A stretch of DNA of 64,000 nucleotides from Mytilus californianus (Eukaryota): contig NW_026262745.1 in the NCBI RefSeq assembly GCF_021869535.1, positions 35,526,001 through 35,590,000 on the forward strand. Direction: 5' to 3'. The translations under genes were made by a program, and so were the position numbers. A model generated the notes under the pieces. That model ran no database searches and was not told the DNA's origin. It saw nothing but the letters and a program-made list of their open reading frames with translations. Every line of letters begins with the position of its first letter. Position 1 is the first letter of the stretch. Positions 1-13,340 of this stretch are shown piece after piece.

Positions 1-340
1 CTGCTAACTTCTTTTCTTTCTTTCTAAAAAGTTCCTGTACGAAGTCAGTCTCATATGAATAAAGGAACAAGTCGACAAGAAGAGGTGCACAGATGGTTCC
101 CCATGGGAATGCCTATTGTTTGTTGAAAACATGTTCTCCAAATGTAATAAATATGTTGTCAATCAAGAAATCAAGCATCTTGATAATGTCAGTTTCAGAG
201 AATATTTTGTTTGAATCAGAGTGATTTTTTACAAAGTATGATTTATCCCTCCCCAAGACAAGAAACATGTTTCAACGTAGGCCGTTCTTTTTTATGAAAC
301 ACAGCAGGACCAACTCTTTCAATTTGTCTTTTAGTTTGGA
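1..340 (-). mobile_element. Decayed reverse transcriptase fragment, Penelope-like element (PLE) type
   Basis: The minus strand translates, with one stop and two frameshifts, as KLKDKLKELVLLCFIKKNG...MLDFLIDNIFITFGEHVF/QTIGIPMG/TICAPLLVDLFLYSYETDFVQELFRKK. GIPMG-x-CAPLLxDLFL is a PLE-type RT motif. It probably lies in an intron of the first gene. Confidence 0.7.
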
Positions 341-843
341 ATGGATGATATAAATTTTTACATTTTTAGAACAGAAATTTTGGCTGTTATGTTACTAGAA
401 CAGAAATTTCAGTTGTGATGTCACTGTGACATCACTAACATTTTGAATTGACATAGGCAGTACTGAAAAAGAAGTTTTGAGATGCATATTAACATCTTTA
501 TATAAGGCATCTTGTAGCAAAATATCTTCTTTGGCAAAGGTTTCAGCTCATCTATAAATATTGTTGGAAAGATCTCAAAGTGGACTATTTTGGCAGTTTT
601 CATCAAATGCAAGAAGTTTAAAGCTCTACAGCAAATATGAAAGACACTGTTCAAAGCTAGGAATACTGATATTTGACAAACTAATGTCTTGTGAACATCT
701 GAAGCATTTGTGTAGTATGTGATTTGATAGATTTATAATTGTTTTTGATTTTCGAATTCAAATGGGCTATATAGTGATCTTATCATACTTTCTCTTTTAT
801 CATTACTTCTCCTTTGTGGTACTAACCTGATTCTTCTTTTCAG

Positions 844-3800
844 CAAAATCTGGTAATGATATGACAAGTCCCCAGCCAACAAGTGTTTCACAACTCAAAG
901 GAGAGAATCTTCTCAAACAATTGCCACTCAGCATACTCCAAAGTTTGCAGGCTTCTGTTGCTGATGCCTCATCTCCAGTATCTCAAGCCATAACACAAAG
1001 TTTAGCATCAGCTATAAGGCCACAGTTAATACAGCGACAAGCCTCCTCTGGTTCTCCTGTTCCTCAACAATCTCCTGCTGGTACCCCTACTCCGGGATCA
1101 CCTGTCCCAACACGATTACACACTCCACAGTCTGGTGTAGTGACAGCAACTTCATTATCATCATTGATCCAGTCATCGGGAGCAGGTGCCCCTCTAGTGG
1201 CCAGACTAGTACAACAAATAGGAGGGAACCAGATGGTCAATGTCAGTAATCTCTTAGCTGCTCAAAGAGCCCAGAACCCTAATCAAGGATCTTTAACCAA
1301 TGCTACACTAAAAATACAAGGTTAGTAGTATCAGAATATTATCCAAAGTTTATATAGGCTTTGCACTGTCCAATCATTTAATGTCTGATGTAATGAAAAA
1401 GTTTATTAAGAAATTAACACAAAAAATATTTCTGGAACTATTAGGATTTTGTGCTAGTAGGAGGAGTTATTCAGAAATTAAAACACCGGTTGGTTGAAAG
1501 ACCCACTTTGCAGATTCTTCCCTTGACACCACCATGCATAATGGATGGATACCTCATGTCCTTTGTTTTCTATTAAAAATGTTAGATTGTTCCATATGTT
1601 ATAATACCTCTTTGAAAGAAAATACAACAAACAAAAAAAATGCTAATGATATTTGTGTAAAGTACCTAATGACCCCCACTGGTTTGGTCATTTCTAAAAT
1701 AGCCCTACCAGTTTGTATACAACACTTATAAAAATTTGATCGAGAAAAATAAATACAGATGAAAGATTTTTTTTTTGTAGACAAATTAAACAATAGATTT
1801 TCGTAATAGTTATTAATTAGAATCTGGTATTTGTGTTTATCAATTAACTGTCGTGTAGTAACGACTATATTAGATATATTAAAAAAAAAGCAAGCAACAT
1901 TGAAAGTTTTTTTTTCTTAATTAATTAGGTGGTAACGTAATGGCTGGAAAACCAATCCATTTGACAGGTAAACCAAGAGGTCAAATTGTACATATCGCAG
2001 GGAAAGGTCAGCAACAAATGGGGCTCATACAGGGAGCTCTTCCCACTATAAGCATAATACCTCAGGCTGGAGGAACAGGGGTCATGACCCTGGCACAGAA
2101 TAAAACCCCTGTATCAGGTAAATAACACCTTTATTTAATGTTCAAATTATCTTCAATGCATTTTTTCATGGTTATCTGTTTAATACCTTTATATCTGAAA
2201 CTATAATAAAAATAAAGGTCAAGAATTTGCTGTTTCAGAATCTAATGCATTCTGGGTAATATTTTCAAAAGTGAACACCAAAATGCTGTGATTGGTTAAA
2301 AATGTACTTAACAATGGAAATTTAACCAATGACGTAACGTTATTTTCATTTTGGGGTACCAACAATAAAATTACCCATAGTCCTTTAGATTCTGAAATGG
2401 CCAATTGATAATTTAAATTTTTTTTTTAACCACATTATTAATCATTAAAGGTGTCAAATGGCAGTAAATCACTTGATAGAGCTTAACATCTATCTACCTA
2501 GACCATTCGACCACTTAAGTCTAGTGTCAAATTATTATCTTTATTCAGTGGTTAATTTTGTTGACTAAAAAATGATTTAGTGACTTAAAATTTAAACAAT
2601 TGGGTCCTAACCTGTTTAATTCATTTAATTACGACCCAGATTATCAAGACAGTGTAGGTTATAAATGAGCATTAATTCCAATGTGTATCAGTATTCATTT
2701 TTTGTAAGATCACTAGATTGTTAAAAGAAATAAGGTAAACAAAATTATAACAATTTACAGGGCAGTCCGAAGCCAACAGAACAGGTAGTCCACTGGCAAC
2801 TGTTATAACAACAGTTGTTTCCTCTTCTGTCAGTCAACCAAAGGTTGTGACTCCTTCTCAGACTGGAATTATGGTAACTCAATTAACTCCTGGTAACCTG
2901 GCTCTCAGACAGGGAACTATACCCCAGACTAAGGTAGTTACTGCTGGACAGTCTGGTTTACTGCCAACACAATTTCTGGTACCCTCAGGAACAGCTGCAT
3001 CTCAATCTCAAATAAGTCAGCATGGTAATTATGGCTGTACATTTAATTTAGTATTAGGGAATGACCATTTAACTTCAAGGGGGTGGGGGGGTTATGGTTT
3101 TTTCCTAAAAAAATATTCTGATCCCCAAGTTGATGGAAAAAAAATATTGTGGTTAAGCAGATGACAAAAAAAAATATTCTGAATCCAGATTTTCCCCATA
3201 CCTTATAGTGTTAAATTTTGAAAAAAGTAATTTGATTGATTGCGTCGAAAAACTGAAAACAAATTTTCGTGCTTTTGTGCGAAAAATATTTTCTGACTCG
3301 GACAAAAAACCATAACCCCCCCTTGAAGTTAAATGGTTGCTCCCTTAGTGGTATATGTATTATCACTCTTGTAGTAGTGTTGCCCGTTAAACATCCTATG
3401 TACAATAAGGAACTGAAAATGTCACGTTTTTATATTTTTTGAATATCAAATTAATTTGTAATAGACTTCATAAACACAATTCAGTTCACATGATGAATGT
3501 GAATTTGCTTACTGATTTAATTGTATTATTATGTTTAAAATTATAGTTTTGTCCATTCTGACCCAAATTGTGAACGTGAGTCAAAGGCTTGCTGTTTCAG
3601 GTGGCAGTGGTGCCAACAATGTATTAGTTCGTGATTAAGTCAGTTTAAGGGGAACCACTGGTGGTAGGTCAATGATATTTGATATTGAGTTGTATTAGAA
3701 TTAATATTGCACATGTCATTTCCATGGAGATTATTTGACCCAGCCCTCATTCATGCTTTATAATTGACTAACTTTTGGTTAGTTTTCATGCTAAGGTTTG

Positions 3801-4763
3801 GTGTTAGGTCAGTTTAAGATAAACCATTTAGGGTGAGTCAATGATATTTGGTAAGTAGTTTTATTACTAAAATCCTGTCTCATTTCCATGGAGATTACAT
3901 GGCCCCACCCCCTCAGTCATGGTTCATTGACTTCGAAACTTTTGCATTGTTGACATGTTATAAATTTGTGTTAAAGTCAGTTTAAGGGGAACCACTTTAA
4001 TATTATAAGTCAATTGTATTTGGTATGCTGTTGGGCACATCTGATTTCCATATAGATTATTTGACCTCACTTTATGTTAAAGCTTTTGTTTAGGTCAATT
4101 GTATTTGGTATCCAATTGTATTAGCATTGACAGTTCTCACATAGATTATTAGGCACTTCACCTTCAATCATGGTTTATTGATTTTGACTGTTTTCATAAA
4201 TTGCTCCTCGGAATTCAGATCGGGATACCTGGTTTGATAAAAGAATCTGAATAGTAAAAGTACAAGCCATTTCCTGTTATTTTCATATTCTTGAGTTTAG
4301 TATTATTTTTATTGTTATAGGTGGAGCAGCACCAATTTTTATGACAGCTGCAGGAGCTAAACCAGGACAAAATATTCAAGTTGTTCGTACAATGCTGGGA
4401 CAACAAGCTGGATTAAAACCAGGACAAGCTACATTACTTATATCTCAGCCTAATCTTCAACAATCTGGAGCAAATATAGTTTCCACTGGACAAATTGTTC
4501 ATAACACTGCCTCTGTTCAGGGGAAAGCTGGTGCTAAAAATAAAACTACACCTGTTTATGCAAGAATTATAACACCACCTGCCGGTATGCGGTTAGCAAC
4601 TGTAGGTGCTGCAGCTGGACAATCAAATCAAAATGTTGGCATGATTCAGACTGTCAATAAATTTATCTCAACAGGAAATGTCTCCATAGCAACCACACAT
4701 CCAGGTGATGGTGATCATGTGATAGCGTCAACAACCAGTGATAACAAAGAAGGAAACTCATGA
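844..4763 (+). CDS. 3' part (last four exons) of a large low-complexity Q/S/T/P/G/V-rich protein, probably an intrinsically disordered nuclear or chromatin factor
   Basis: Exons 844-1320, 1929-2117, 2761-3024 and 4321-4763 (TGA 4761-4763). All have AG/GT boundaries and phase-1 junctions that join in frame (..LKIQG|GNVMAGKP.., ..PVSG|QSEANR.., ..SQHG|GAAPIFM..). ATTAAA follows about 15 nt after the stop. The composition resembles C-termini of proteins such as NFRKB, but I recognise no diagnostic domain. The 5' exons lie outside the window. Confidence 0.85.
3057..3344. mobile_element. MITE, PIF/Harbinger (Tourist)-like
   Basis: About 45 bp TIRs (GGGAATGACCATTTAACTTCAAGGGG..GTTATGGTTTTT and its reverse complement), flanked by TTA at 3054-3056 and 3345-3347. 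Intronic. Confidence 0.8.
3638..4200. repeat. Degenerate tandem repeat, about 169 bp unit, about 3 copies (probable old Helentron-type internal array)
   Basis: GTCAGTTTAAG recurs at about 3638, 3807 and 3976. CATTTCCATRGA(G)ATTA recurs with similar spacing. Confidence 0.6.
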
Positions 4764-6773
4764 TATTTTGTGATACTGATTAAAATATTTGTTATGTTTT
4801 TTGGAAAAAAAAGAAATAGATATATAGATGGACTTATTTCCTTAATGTCACCCAACCAAAACATTATATAATTGAATGTAGATGTGGGTTATATGTCATG
4901 AGGCAGAAACATACACACACACAAAAACGGCAAAATTCACCAAAAGACATGTAGAGGACAACAATAGACTGATGTATAATATGGCAAGTTCTAAATCGTC
5001 TAGGGTAAATATAAGTTGTGAATAATTTTAACAGAAACAATCAAAAGATCTATCATCACCACCAAATTCTCCAAATAACAAAATTCGATTAGACATGACA
5101 TACAGCAAATACTGAGGAGGTTCTTGACTGGTGAGAAGGAAATGAAAACTTAATGCAGATAAACTTTTTTTTTTAGATATCTTTTATTCATAATCTGTAG
5201 ATTAATAAAACTTACCAAGTACATAAAAGAACATACAAGAAAATTCAGTAGAAGAAAAGAACCCTTACTAAAAACATAACTTCATAATCGATAATAAAAA
5301 CACGCAATAAATAGCAAATTATACTGTACTTATAAAGAATGAGTTACTGAAAGCAACCTCGAAGTACTTGGTACTTAACTTACTGATAAGAAATCATGCT
5401 ATCCTACAATTGTTATTGGTTGCTTTACTTATAGAAGATTTCATACAGCAATTTCATAAACAGTACAGGAAGGAAGGATTTTGTGCAATGCCCAAAAGAC
5501 ACTGTACAGAAAAACAAAAGAATCATTTCAGGATTGCTTCAAACTTAAATAAGCAAATTATGGTTGTCTGTTAAGAATCAATGTATGGTTTCTATTGCCT
5601 TCCTTCATCAGGAACACTTAGTTAAAAGTAGTAGGAGTTAAAATTTGAGATTGTCATCAGTGGATAAATGTTTGTGCTTTTAACTATAATGTACATGTTA
5701 AACCTTGCCACATTCTTTATGTACCTTTCACAAGTCAGGAGCCTGTACTTATATGGTTGTCCTTGGTTGCTGTCTGTCATATTTGTTTTTCCTTAATTGA
5801 TTTATCATCAATCGGGCAATTGGCTTTCTCGTTTGAATTTTTCACATTTTATTGCTAACCATAGGTTGCGCTTCTGTAAATATAGACAATGCAATTTTCC
5901 ATAGGAACTCCTTTTACGACTAAAACTGCCACTTTTTACTATGAAGTTTCATAAAAAATTATATCTTAGAATGGAAAGTTTATATGCATTACTATTTTTT
6001 TCAAAGGTCAAAACATAGGGCTGTGCAGCATATTTTCAACATTTATATGCCTCAAACTTCTGAGAGTTTAAACTTATAATTAAATTCTGTATTACCCCTC
6101 CCTTCACTTTGGGTCTTCCTCAGAATTAAATTTGGCCGCTATCCATGTGTATTTATACTGGTTACATTCCCAAGTTGTGTCTCTACGAGATGAAGTATAG
6201 AGATCATATCTGGGAACCAGCAGGTAAACAAAACAAAATATCTATGAATATTAAATTTCTCCCCAAAAGAAGCATAGTTTGTGAAACAGCTGTATTTACA
6301 AAGTGCAACATATATGGTATGGATTTTGCTTATTGTTGCAGGACATTCAATTACCAATAGATTCTTGCATCTATGTTATTCAGACTTTTGTGGATAGTTG
6401 TCCCATTGGCAATCATACCACTTCTCCTTTTTAGCTCACCTGGCCCAAAGGGCCAAATGAGCTTTTCTCATCACTTGGCGTCCATCGTCCGTCGTTAACT
6501 TTTACTTTTCTTCTCCTCTGAAACTACTGGGCCAAATTTATCCAAACTTGACCACAATCATCAGTAAGGTATCTAGTTTAAAAAATGTGTCCGATGACCC
6601 GTCGTGCCAACCAAGATGACCGACATGGCCAAAAATAGAACATGGGGTAAAATTCAAGTTTTGTCTATTATTTTGAAAAAAACCATTATAAAAAGAGAAA
6701 ATCTGACATGGCAAAAATGTTCAGAATATTGAGCTCTAGCAATTGTTTATATACGTCAAAACTGTTGGATGAC

Positions 6774-8273
6774 TTTTTAGCTCACCTGGCCCGAAGTGCA
6801 TGGTCGTCCGTCGTCGTCGTTAACTTTTTACATTTTGAACTTCTTCTAGAGAACCACTGAATGGAATGAAACCAAACATTGCATGAATGTTCCTTATGAG
6901 GTGCTGACCAAGTGTTGTTACTTTGTAGCCGATCCATCATCCAAGATGGCCGCCAGCAGGGGACTTAGTTTAACATAGGGCCCTATGGGAAATACATACA
7001 AATGTCTTCTTTTAGAGAACCAGTGAATGGAATGAAACCAAACATGGCATGAATGTTCCTTATGAGATGCTGACCAAGTGTTGTTACTTTGCAGTCGATC
7101 CATTATCCAAGATGGCCGCCAGCGGGTGACTTAGTTTAACATAGGACCCTATGGGAAATACATACAAATGTCTTCTTTTAGAGAACCAGTGAATGGAATG
7201 AAACCAAACATGGCATGAATGTTCCTTATGAGGTACTGACCAAGTGTTGTTACTTTGTAGCCGATCCATCATCCAAGATGGCCGCCAGCGGGGGACTTAG
7301 TTTAACATAGGACCCTATGGGAAATACATACAAATGTCTTCTTTTAGAGAACCACTGAATGGAATGGAACCAAACATGGCATGAATGTTCCTTATGAGGT
7401 GCTGACCAAGTGTTGTTACTTTGCAGTCGGTCCATCATCAAAGATGGTCGCCAGGGGGGGACTTAGTTTAACATAGTACCCTAAGGGAATTACATACAAA
7501 TATCTTCTTTTAGAGAACCACTGAATGGAATGAAACCAAACATGGCATGAATGTTCCTTATGAGGTGTTGACCAAGTGTTGTTATTTTGCAGTTGATCCA
7601 TCATCCAAGATGACCGCCAGCGGGGGACTTAGTTTAACATAGGACCCTATGGGAAATACATACAAATATCTTCTTTTAGAGAGCCAGTGAATGGAATGGA
7701 ACCAAACATGGCATGAATGTTCCTTATGAGGTGCTGACCAAATGGTGTTACTTGACAGTGGGTCCATCATCCAAGATGGCCGCCAGGGGGGTGGGGACTT
7801 AGTTTAACATAGGACCTTATGGGAATTACATACAAATGTCTTCTTTTAGAGAACCACTGAATGGAATGAAACCAAACATGGCATGAATGTTCCATATGAG
7901 GTGCTGACCAAGTGTTGTTACATTGCAGCGGATACATCATCCAAGATGGCCACCAGGGGGGACTTAGTTTAACATAGGACCCTATGGGAAATACATACAA
8001 ATGTCTTCTTTTAGAGTACCACTGAATGGAATGAAACCAAACATGGCATGAATGTTCCTTATGAGGTGCTGACCAATAGATGCTTCTTTATTGCCCATTA
8101 ACTGTTCAAGATGGCCACCAGGATATTTTATTTAATAAAGGGGACCAATATTAAACCAAATTTGGCCTCAATCATTATTTGGGTATCTGTTATGATTTTT
8201 ATCTATCTTTACATGATTTCTAAAACCAAAGTAGAGTCAGGTGAGCGACACAGGCTCTTGAGAGCCTCTAGTT
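6774..8273 (+). mobile_element. Helentron-like element B carrying about 7.4 copies of a 166 bp satellite monomer
   Basis: Starts TTTTTAGCTCACCTGGCCCGAAG. The ORF-track offsets 6918/7084/7250/7416/7582 show the 166 bp period. Ends CAGGTGAGCGACAC-AGGCTCTTGAGAGCCT-CTAG-TT. Inserted at a TT site in A. Confidence 0.85.
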
Positions 8274-8318
8274 ATAGGAGTTATTGCCCTTAAATGACAA
8301 ATTTTACCATTTTTTTCA

Positions 8319-10014
8319 TTTATTATATGTTCATTTATGGGACGTATTATGGTATACCGTTGCCTGTCCGTCTGTCTGTCTGTCTGTAGTCATCATGTCG
8401 GACAATAACTCGAAAATTTTCCATTTTTCGGACAATAACTCAAAAACACTTTCACCAATTTGCAAGAGACTTTGGTGAATTGTTTATATCTATTGACATG
8501 AGCTCCATTTCAATTTTTATAAAATTTTCGATTTTACTGTTCGGAGTTATGGGGGTTTTATTCATTAAAAAAAGGGGGATTTTCCAGTTTTCGGACAATA
8601 ACTCAAAAATGCTTTCAGCAGTTTCCATGAAACTTTGGTGAATTGTTTATATCTATTGATGTAAGCTCCCTTTCGATTTTTATAAATTTTATATTTTACG
8701 TTTGCGAGTTATGGGATTTTATTCATAAACTAGAGGCTCTCAAGAGCCTGTGTTGCTCACCTGACTCTACTTTGGTTTTAGAAATCATGTAAAGATAGAT
8801 AAAAATCAACAGATACCCAAATAATGATTGAGGCCAAATTTTGATAAATTTTGGTCCCGTTATTTAATAAAATATCCTGGTGGCCATCTTGAACAGTAAA
8901 TCGGCAACAAAGTAGCAACACTTGGTCAGCACTTCATAAGGAACATTCATGCCATGTTTGGTTTCATTCCATTCAGTGGTACTCTAAAAGAAGACATTTG
9001 TATGTATTTCCCATAGGGTCCTATGTTAAACTAAGCCCCCCCCCCCCCCTAGCAGCCATCTTGGATGATGGATCGACTGCAAAGTAACAACACTTGGTCA
9101 GCAACTCATAAGGAACATTCATGCCATGTTTGGTTCAATTCCATTCAGTGGTTCTCTAAAAGAAGACAATTGTATGTATTTCCCATAGGGTCCTATGTTA
9201 AACTAAGTCCCCCGCTGTCGGCCATCTTGGATGATGGATCGGCTACAAAGTAACAACACTTGGTCAGCACCTCATAAGGAAGATTCATGCCATGTTTGGT
9301 TTCATTCCATTCAGTGGTTCTCTAAAAGAAGACATTTGTATGTATTTCCCATAGGTCGTTTGTTAAACTAAGTCCCCTGCTGTCGGCCATCTTGGATGAT
9401 GGACCGACTGCAAAGTAACAACACTTGGTCAGCACCTCATAAGGAACATTCATGCCATGTTTGGTTTCATTCCATTCCGTGGTTCTCTAAAAGAAGACAT
9501 TTGTATGTATTTCCCATAGGGTCCTATGTTAAACTAAGTCCCCCGCTGGCGGCCATCTTGGATGATGGACCGGCTACAAAGTAACAACACTTGGTCAGAA
9601 TCTCATAAGGAACATTCATGCCATGTTTGGTTTCATTCCATTCAGTGGTTCTCTAAAAGAAGACATTTGTATGTATTTCCCATAAGGCCTATGTTAAACT
9701 AAGTCCCCCGCTGGCGGCCATCTTTGATGATCGACCGACTGCAAAGTAACAACACTTGGTCAGCATCTCATAAGGAACATTCATGCCATGTATATGTGGG
9801 CCAGGTGAGCTAAGAAGGACTGATTTTCCAGTTTTCATACAATATCTTTGAAGTGCTTTGAGCAGTTTTCATGAAACTTTGGTGACTGGTTTATATCTAT
9901 TAAGATAAACTCCCTTTAGTTTTTCATAAATTTCTGATATGACATTGAGAAGTTATTGAACTTTATTCTTTGAAAACGCGACAGGCGTATCATGGGCTCA
10001 TGGCGCAGCTGTTT
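8319..10014 (+). mobile_element. Helentron-like element C (different family), inserted in A and interrupted by D
   Basis: 5' GGGACGTATTATGGTATACCGTTG plus a (GTCT)n microsatellite. Internal repeats contain TTTTCGGACAATAACTC and ATGAAACTTTGGTGA. 3' GGCGTATCATGGGCTCATGGCGCAGCTGTTT. The sequence of A resumes on both sides. Confidence 0.65.
8728..9813 (-). mobile_element. Helentron-like element D, same family as B, inverted, about 5 copies of the 166 bp monomer
   Basis: 8730-8920 is the reverse complement of 8080-8271, including the hairpin and CTAG end. The other end reads CCAGGTGAGCTAA (9801-9813). The repeat unit of C continues across the insertion (TTCATAA|AAGAAGG..TTTTCCAGTTTTC). Confidence 0.85.
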
Positions 10015-12249
10015 ATTGCCTATTATCTTGAAAACTATAATAGAAAGGGAGAAACTTTAAATTGCAAAAATGATCAGCAAAACAAGTTCTACAAATAATT
10101 CTGCATGTTCGAAATAGTCAGTCGACTTCTTATCAGAGTTATTGCCCTTTGAAAAAGATTTTTACCAATTTTTTGCGATTTTGCCTTGTATCTTAAAAAT
10201 TATAATAGATAGATAGAAGCTTAAATAAGCAAAAATGATCAGCAAGACAAGATGTACAATTTAGACAATATGAAGGAAATCGTTTGACAACTCCTTATTG
10301 CCCTTTAATGACGATTGTTATCATTTTTTTGCGTTTCGCCTTATATGATAAAAATTATAATAGATAAATAGACACTTTAAATCACAAAAATGATCAGCAA
10401 GGCAAGATCTACTAACAAGTAAAATTTTGCTGATATAGTTATTAGACTGTCACTCTTTATAAGAGTGATTGTCCATATGAGGATTTTTTCCCCTCTTTTG
10501 GGTTTTGAGCAAAAACTAAAGAAGATGGAGAGAAACTAAACGATCAGCAATCTAAGATCAACTAAACAGATTTTTGACATGAATTCTATTCTAATCTACA
10601 ATGTTGGAGAGTGTCCTTTGTTAAATATGCACATAGACCAAGGTGAGCGACACAGGCTCTTTAGAGCCTCTAGTTTTTTTTACATTACATTAAAAGAATA
10701 GCCAAAGGCATCAGAGGTTAATTTACACAAATTAATTTTGAAATCTTAGTTTTTGTAAAATGTACAGAATGTATCATCTGTCTTCCTTTAACATCAAATG
10801 ATTGTCATCTAAAACCAAACTCAATTGAATTTTACATAGGCATTTGATGAATTAACATTAATATGGGACAATCATTTGAATGATGAGGCCTGGTTGATTT
10901 TAAATTTATATTGGAAAAGAGTTATTTCAGTTGAACTTGTTGGGAATTTCAGTCTTCCATCATTAATCAGGTAGGGTCATATATTAAAGATGCTGATATT
11001 TGTTACAAATGCCACTAAGGAATACATGATCTTCAGTAAAACATATTTTCTAGCAATTTTGTATGTACAAGTAAGGAAGGAGGGGTCCCACAGACAGCTG
11101 CACTCAGATAAAAGCAAAAGACCTCACACTGTATAACTCATCATGGTCAAGCTGATGACCGAATATAAACTCATTCAGTTCACTAGTACTGGAAAAAATG
11201 TGTGAAGAAAATTTCAAGTTCATCTAACACATTGAAATTTTTAAAGTATCTGGAACTGGATGTAGGTATTTTACAGATCCCAAAAAGTGCATACACTTTA
11301 CAACTCATTACTGTCGAGCCGCTGAACAAATATGAAGTTGTAATTCCAGAGAAAAGTGTGACACAAATATTTGTTGGAGGAATGGGCTTACACGGTAAAT
11401 GCAATATAGCCCCCAGTATAATTAGATTAGATATAGGTAAACATTGATGAGACAGAAAAACCCTATAACAAAAGCCAACCAAAATTAGTATTTTCAGGTA
11501 CATGTAAGTATAAAGTTCATTATAAGGTTGTTAAAACTTAAAAAAAGGTGGAGGGTGGAGACCTATAAAGGCTAGTTTAACCCCACCACATATATGCGTG
11601 TTCAGAGTATGGAATTTTGTCAGTAGTTGTTGTGTATCAATGTTTTTGTTGTTTTGATAATTGGTTGTTGATGGCAGATATTTGATTGTTTATGTTTAAT
11701 TTAATCAAAACTTTAATAGAATTCAGACCATTTACAGCTTGCCATATTGTATAGACACCTGTCTCTTGTTGAAGAATGTATATTGCCTTCATGATGTCTC
11801 ATTAATGTACATCCCACATCTTCTTTCATTCTTTGTATTTGGTATCAGGCATGACTGGAATAAGTAATAAGGTCAAGGTGAAGATTGAGGTTAAAATAAA
11901 GACCATATTTGGTACTGAACTCCAAGCACAAGAAGGTCAAAAATTACATCTTTATCTCATCTGCCACAAAAATGCCAAATTCCTCAAATATAAAAAAAAT
12001 GATTTATATACTACAACTGTGTGTATGAGAATGTATTCTGGATTTAGTCAAGAAATTGTATGAGGACATTAAGATGAAGACATTATCCCCAATATGGAAC
12101 TTCATGTTATTCACCTACATGTAATCTTAAAAATAAGAATATTTCAAGTGAAAAAAGTTTTCTTTTATTTGATTTTATTCAACTACCAGCAAGATTTTTT
12201 TATAACAATAGTAGAAACATTAACATTCATAACCAATTTATATACAATA

Positions 12250-12480
12250 GACATTTCTAACAACCTTCACTCACAAGCAATTCATACCGGTACTTACTAT
12301 ATAATTCTAACAACCTGACTCATATGCAATATACATCTCTAACAACCTTCACTCTTATGGAATTTTTTTTTTAATAACCTTTAATTATATGCAATTCATA
12401 CCGGTATATACTATATATTTCTAACAACCTCCAATTATAATCAGTTCAAATACAATATATATTTCTAACAACCTTCAGCC
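12250..12480. repeat. Degenerate minisatellite with core TCTAACAACCT
   Basis: The core recurs about five times at irregular 35-90 bp spacing. GCAATTCATACCGGTA occurs twice. Confidence 0.55.
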
Positions 12481-13340
12481 AAGTTTTGCTTTCAATTTAA
12501 AGGATAACTATTGTAAATGACATCCTGAAAAGGTAAGTTTTATCTAACTAAAACAGATATTATGATAAAACAAATTTATTATCTCTCAAAATTATGAAAA
12601 CAGAAATTGTAAAAAAAAATCTTATTCACCCCTCAAAGTACTCAATTAAAATATGGCTATCTCTATTCTAATACAATGCAAGAAATCTTGAATTTTTTTA
12701 TTTCAATTTTTTTTAAATTGCCAGAAACATCATGCAAGTCTGTTCCATCAATATATCATAAGTCTGTTATATGTGAATTTTACTCTTTTACAATTTTCCT
12801 ACGAGAATTAACATTACAAAGTTTGAAAGAACAATGCTTTAAAACTAATTTTTATCTGATCTTTTCAAATATATGTGATTGGCTTATTTTTTTCCCCATT
12901 ATTTTCAAACCTAGATAAAAATATTTTCCATTTTGAACAATGGATAACCACGATTACTGTATCCAATCTGATTAGATCTTTTGGCAAGAAAGTAATGGCC
13001 AATTTAACAACTACATATACATGTACGACTTCTGACTATTTACAGATAAAAAAGGTCATTTTAATTAATATGCATTTGTTATACATGAATCATGGATAGG
13101 AAAAATTTAAGAAGTGGAGCTTGATTGTCATTTACATTATTAGATTAATTTCAGGGTTACAATGCAAGACACACTTTCTCACAAGAAAACAGTTTTCCTG
13201 TGTTGTAAACAAACTTCATAACAATACATAGTTTTCATTTGATTTAAAACAAATAAATAAATAAATACTTTGATTATTAGAGTAAAAGGCTAACACAATT
13301 TTCAGTCTGACTCATCAATTATCTTATTAAATGAGATAGA

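Larger units (their letters stand above)
6428..10675 (+). mobile_element. Non-autonomous Helentron-like element (HINE/pearl type) A, outer host of a nest
   Basis: 5' TTTTTAGCTCACCTGGCCCAAAGGGCC..TGAGCT followed by a GTCC/GTC microsatellite. 3' AGGTGAGCGACAC, the hairpin AGGCTCT-TT-AGAGCCT, then CTAG-TTT. The degenerate internal repeats are interrupted by elements B and C. Confidence 0.75.

Noticed and set aside
3601-3638. Possible alternative terminal exon (TTTCAG|GT GGC AGT GGT GCC..TAA) of the first gene
   Set aside because: It is phase-compatible but only about 12 codons long and lies at the edge of a repeat element; unsupported without transcripts.
6918-9584. Repeated about 62 aa ORFs (MMDRLQSNNTWS..) as a peptide gene family
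   Set aside because: They are translations of the 166 bp satellite monomer, overlap each other, and lie inside transposon termini.
6834-9790. CRISPR-like array
   Set aside because: Whole monomers repeat with no unique spacers, there are no cas genes, and the context is eukaryotic with introns.
11183-11503. Overlapping antisense ORFs (106 aa on -, 81 aa on +)
   Set aside because: No recognisable domain, no convincing splice partners, and stops immediately upstream in the + frame. An old remnant cannot be excluded.
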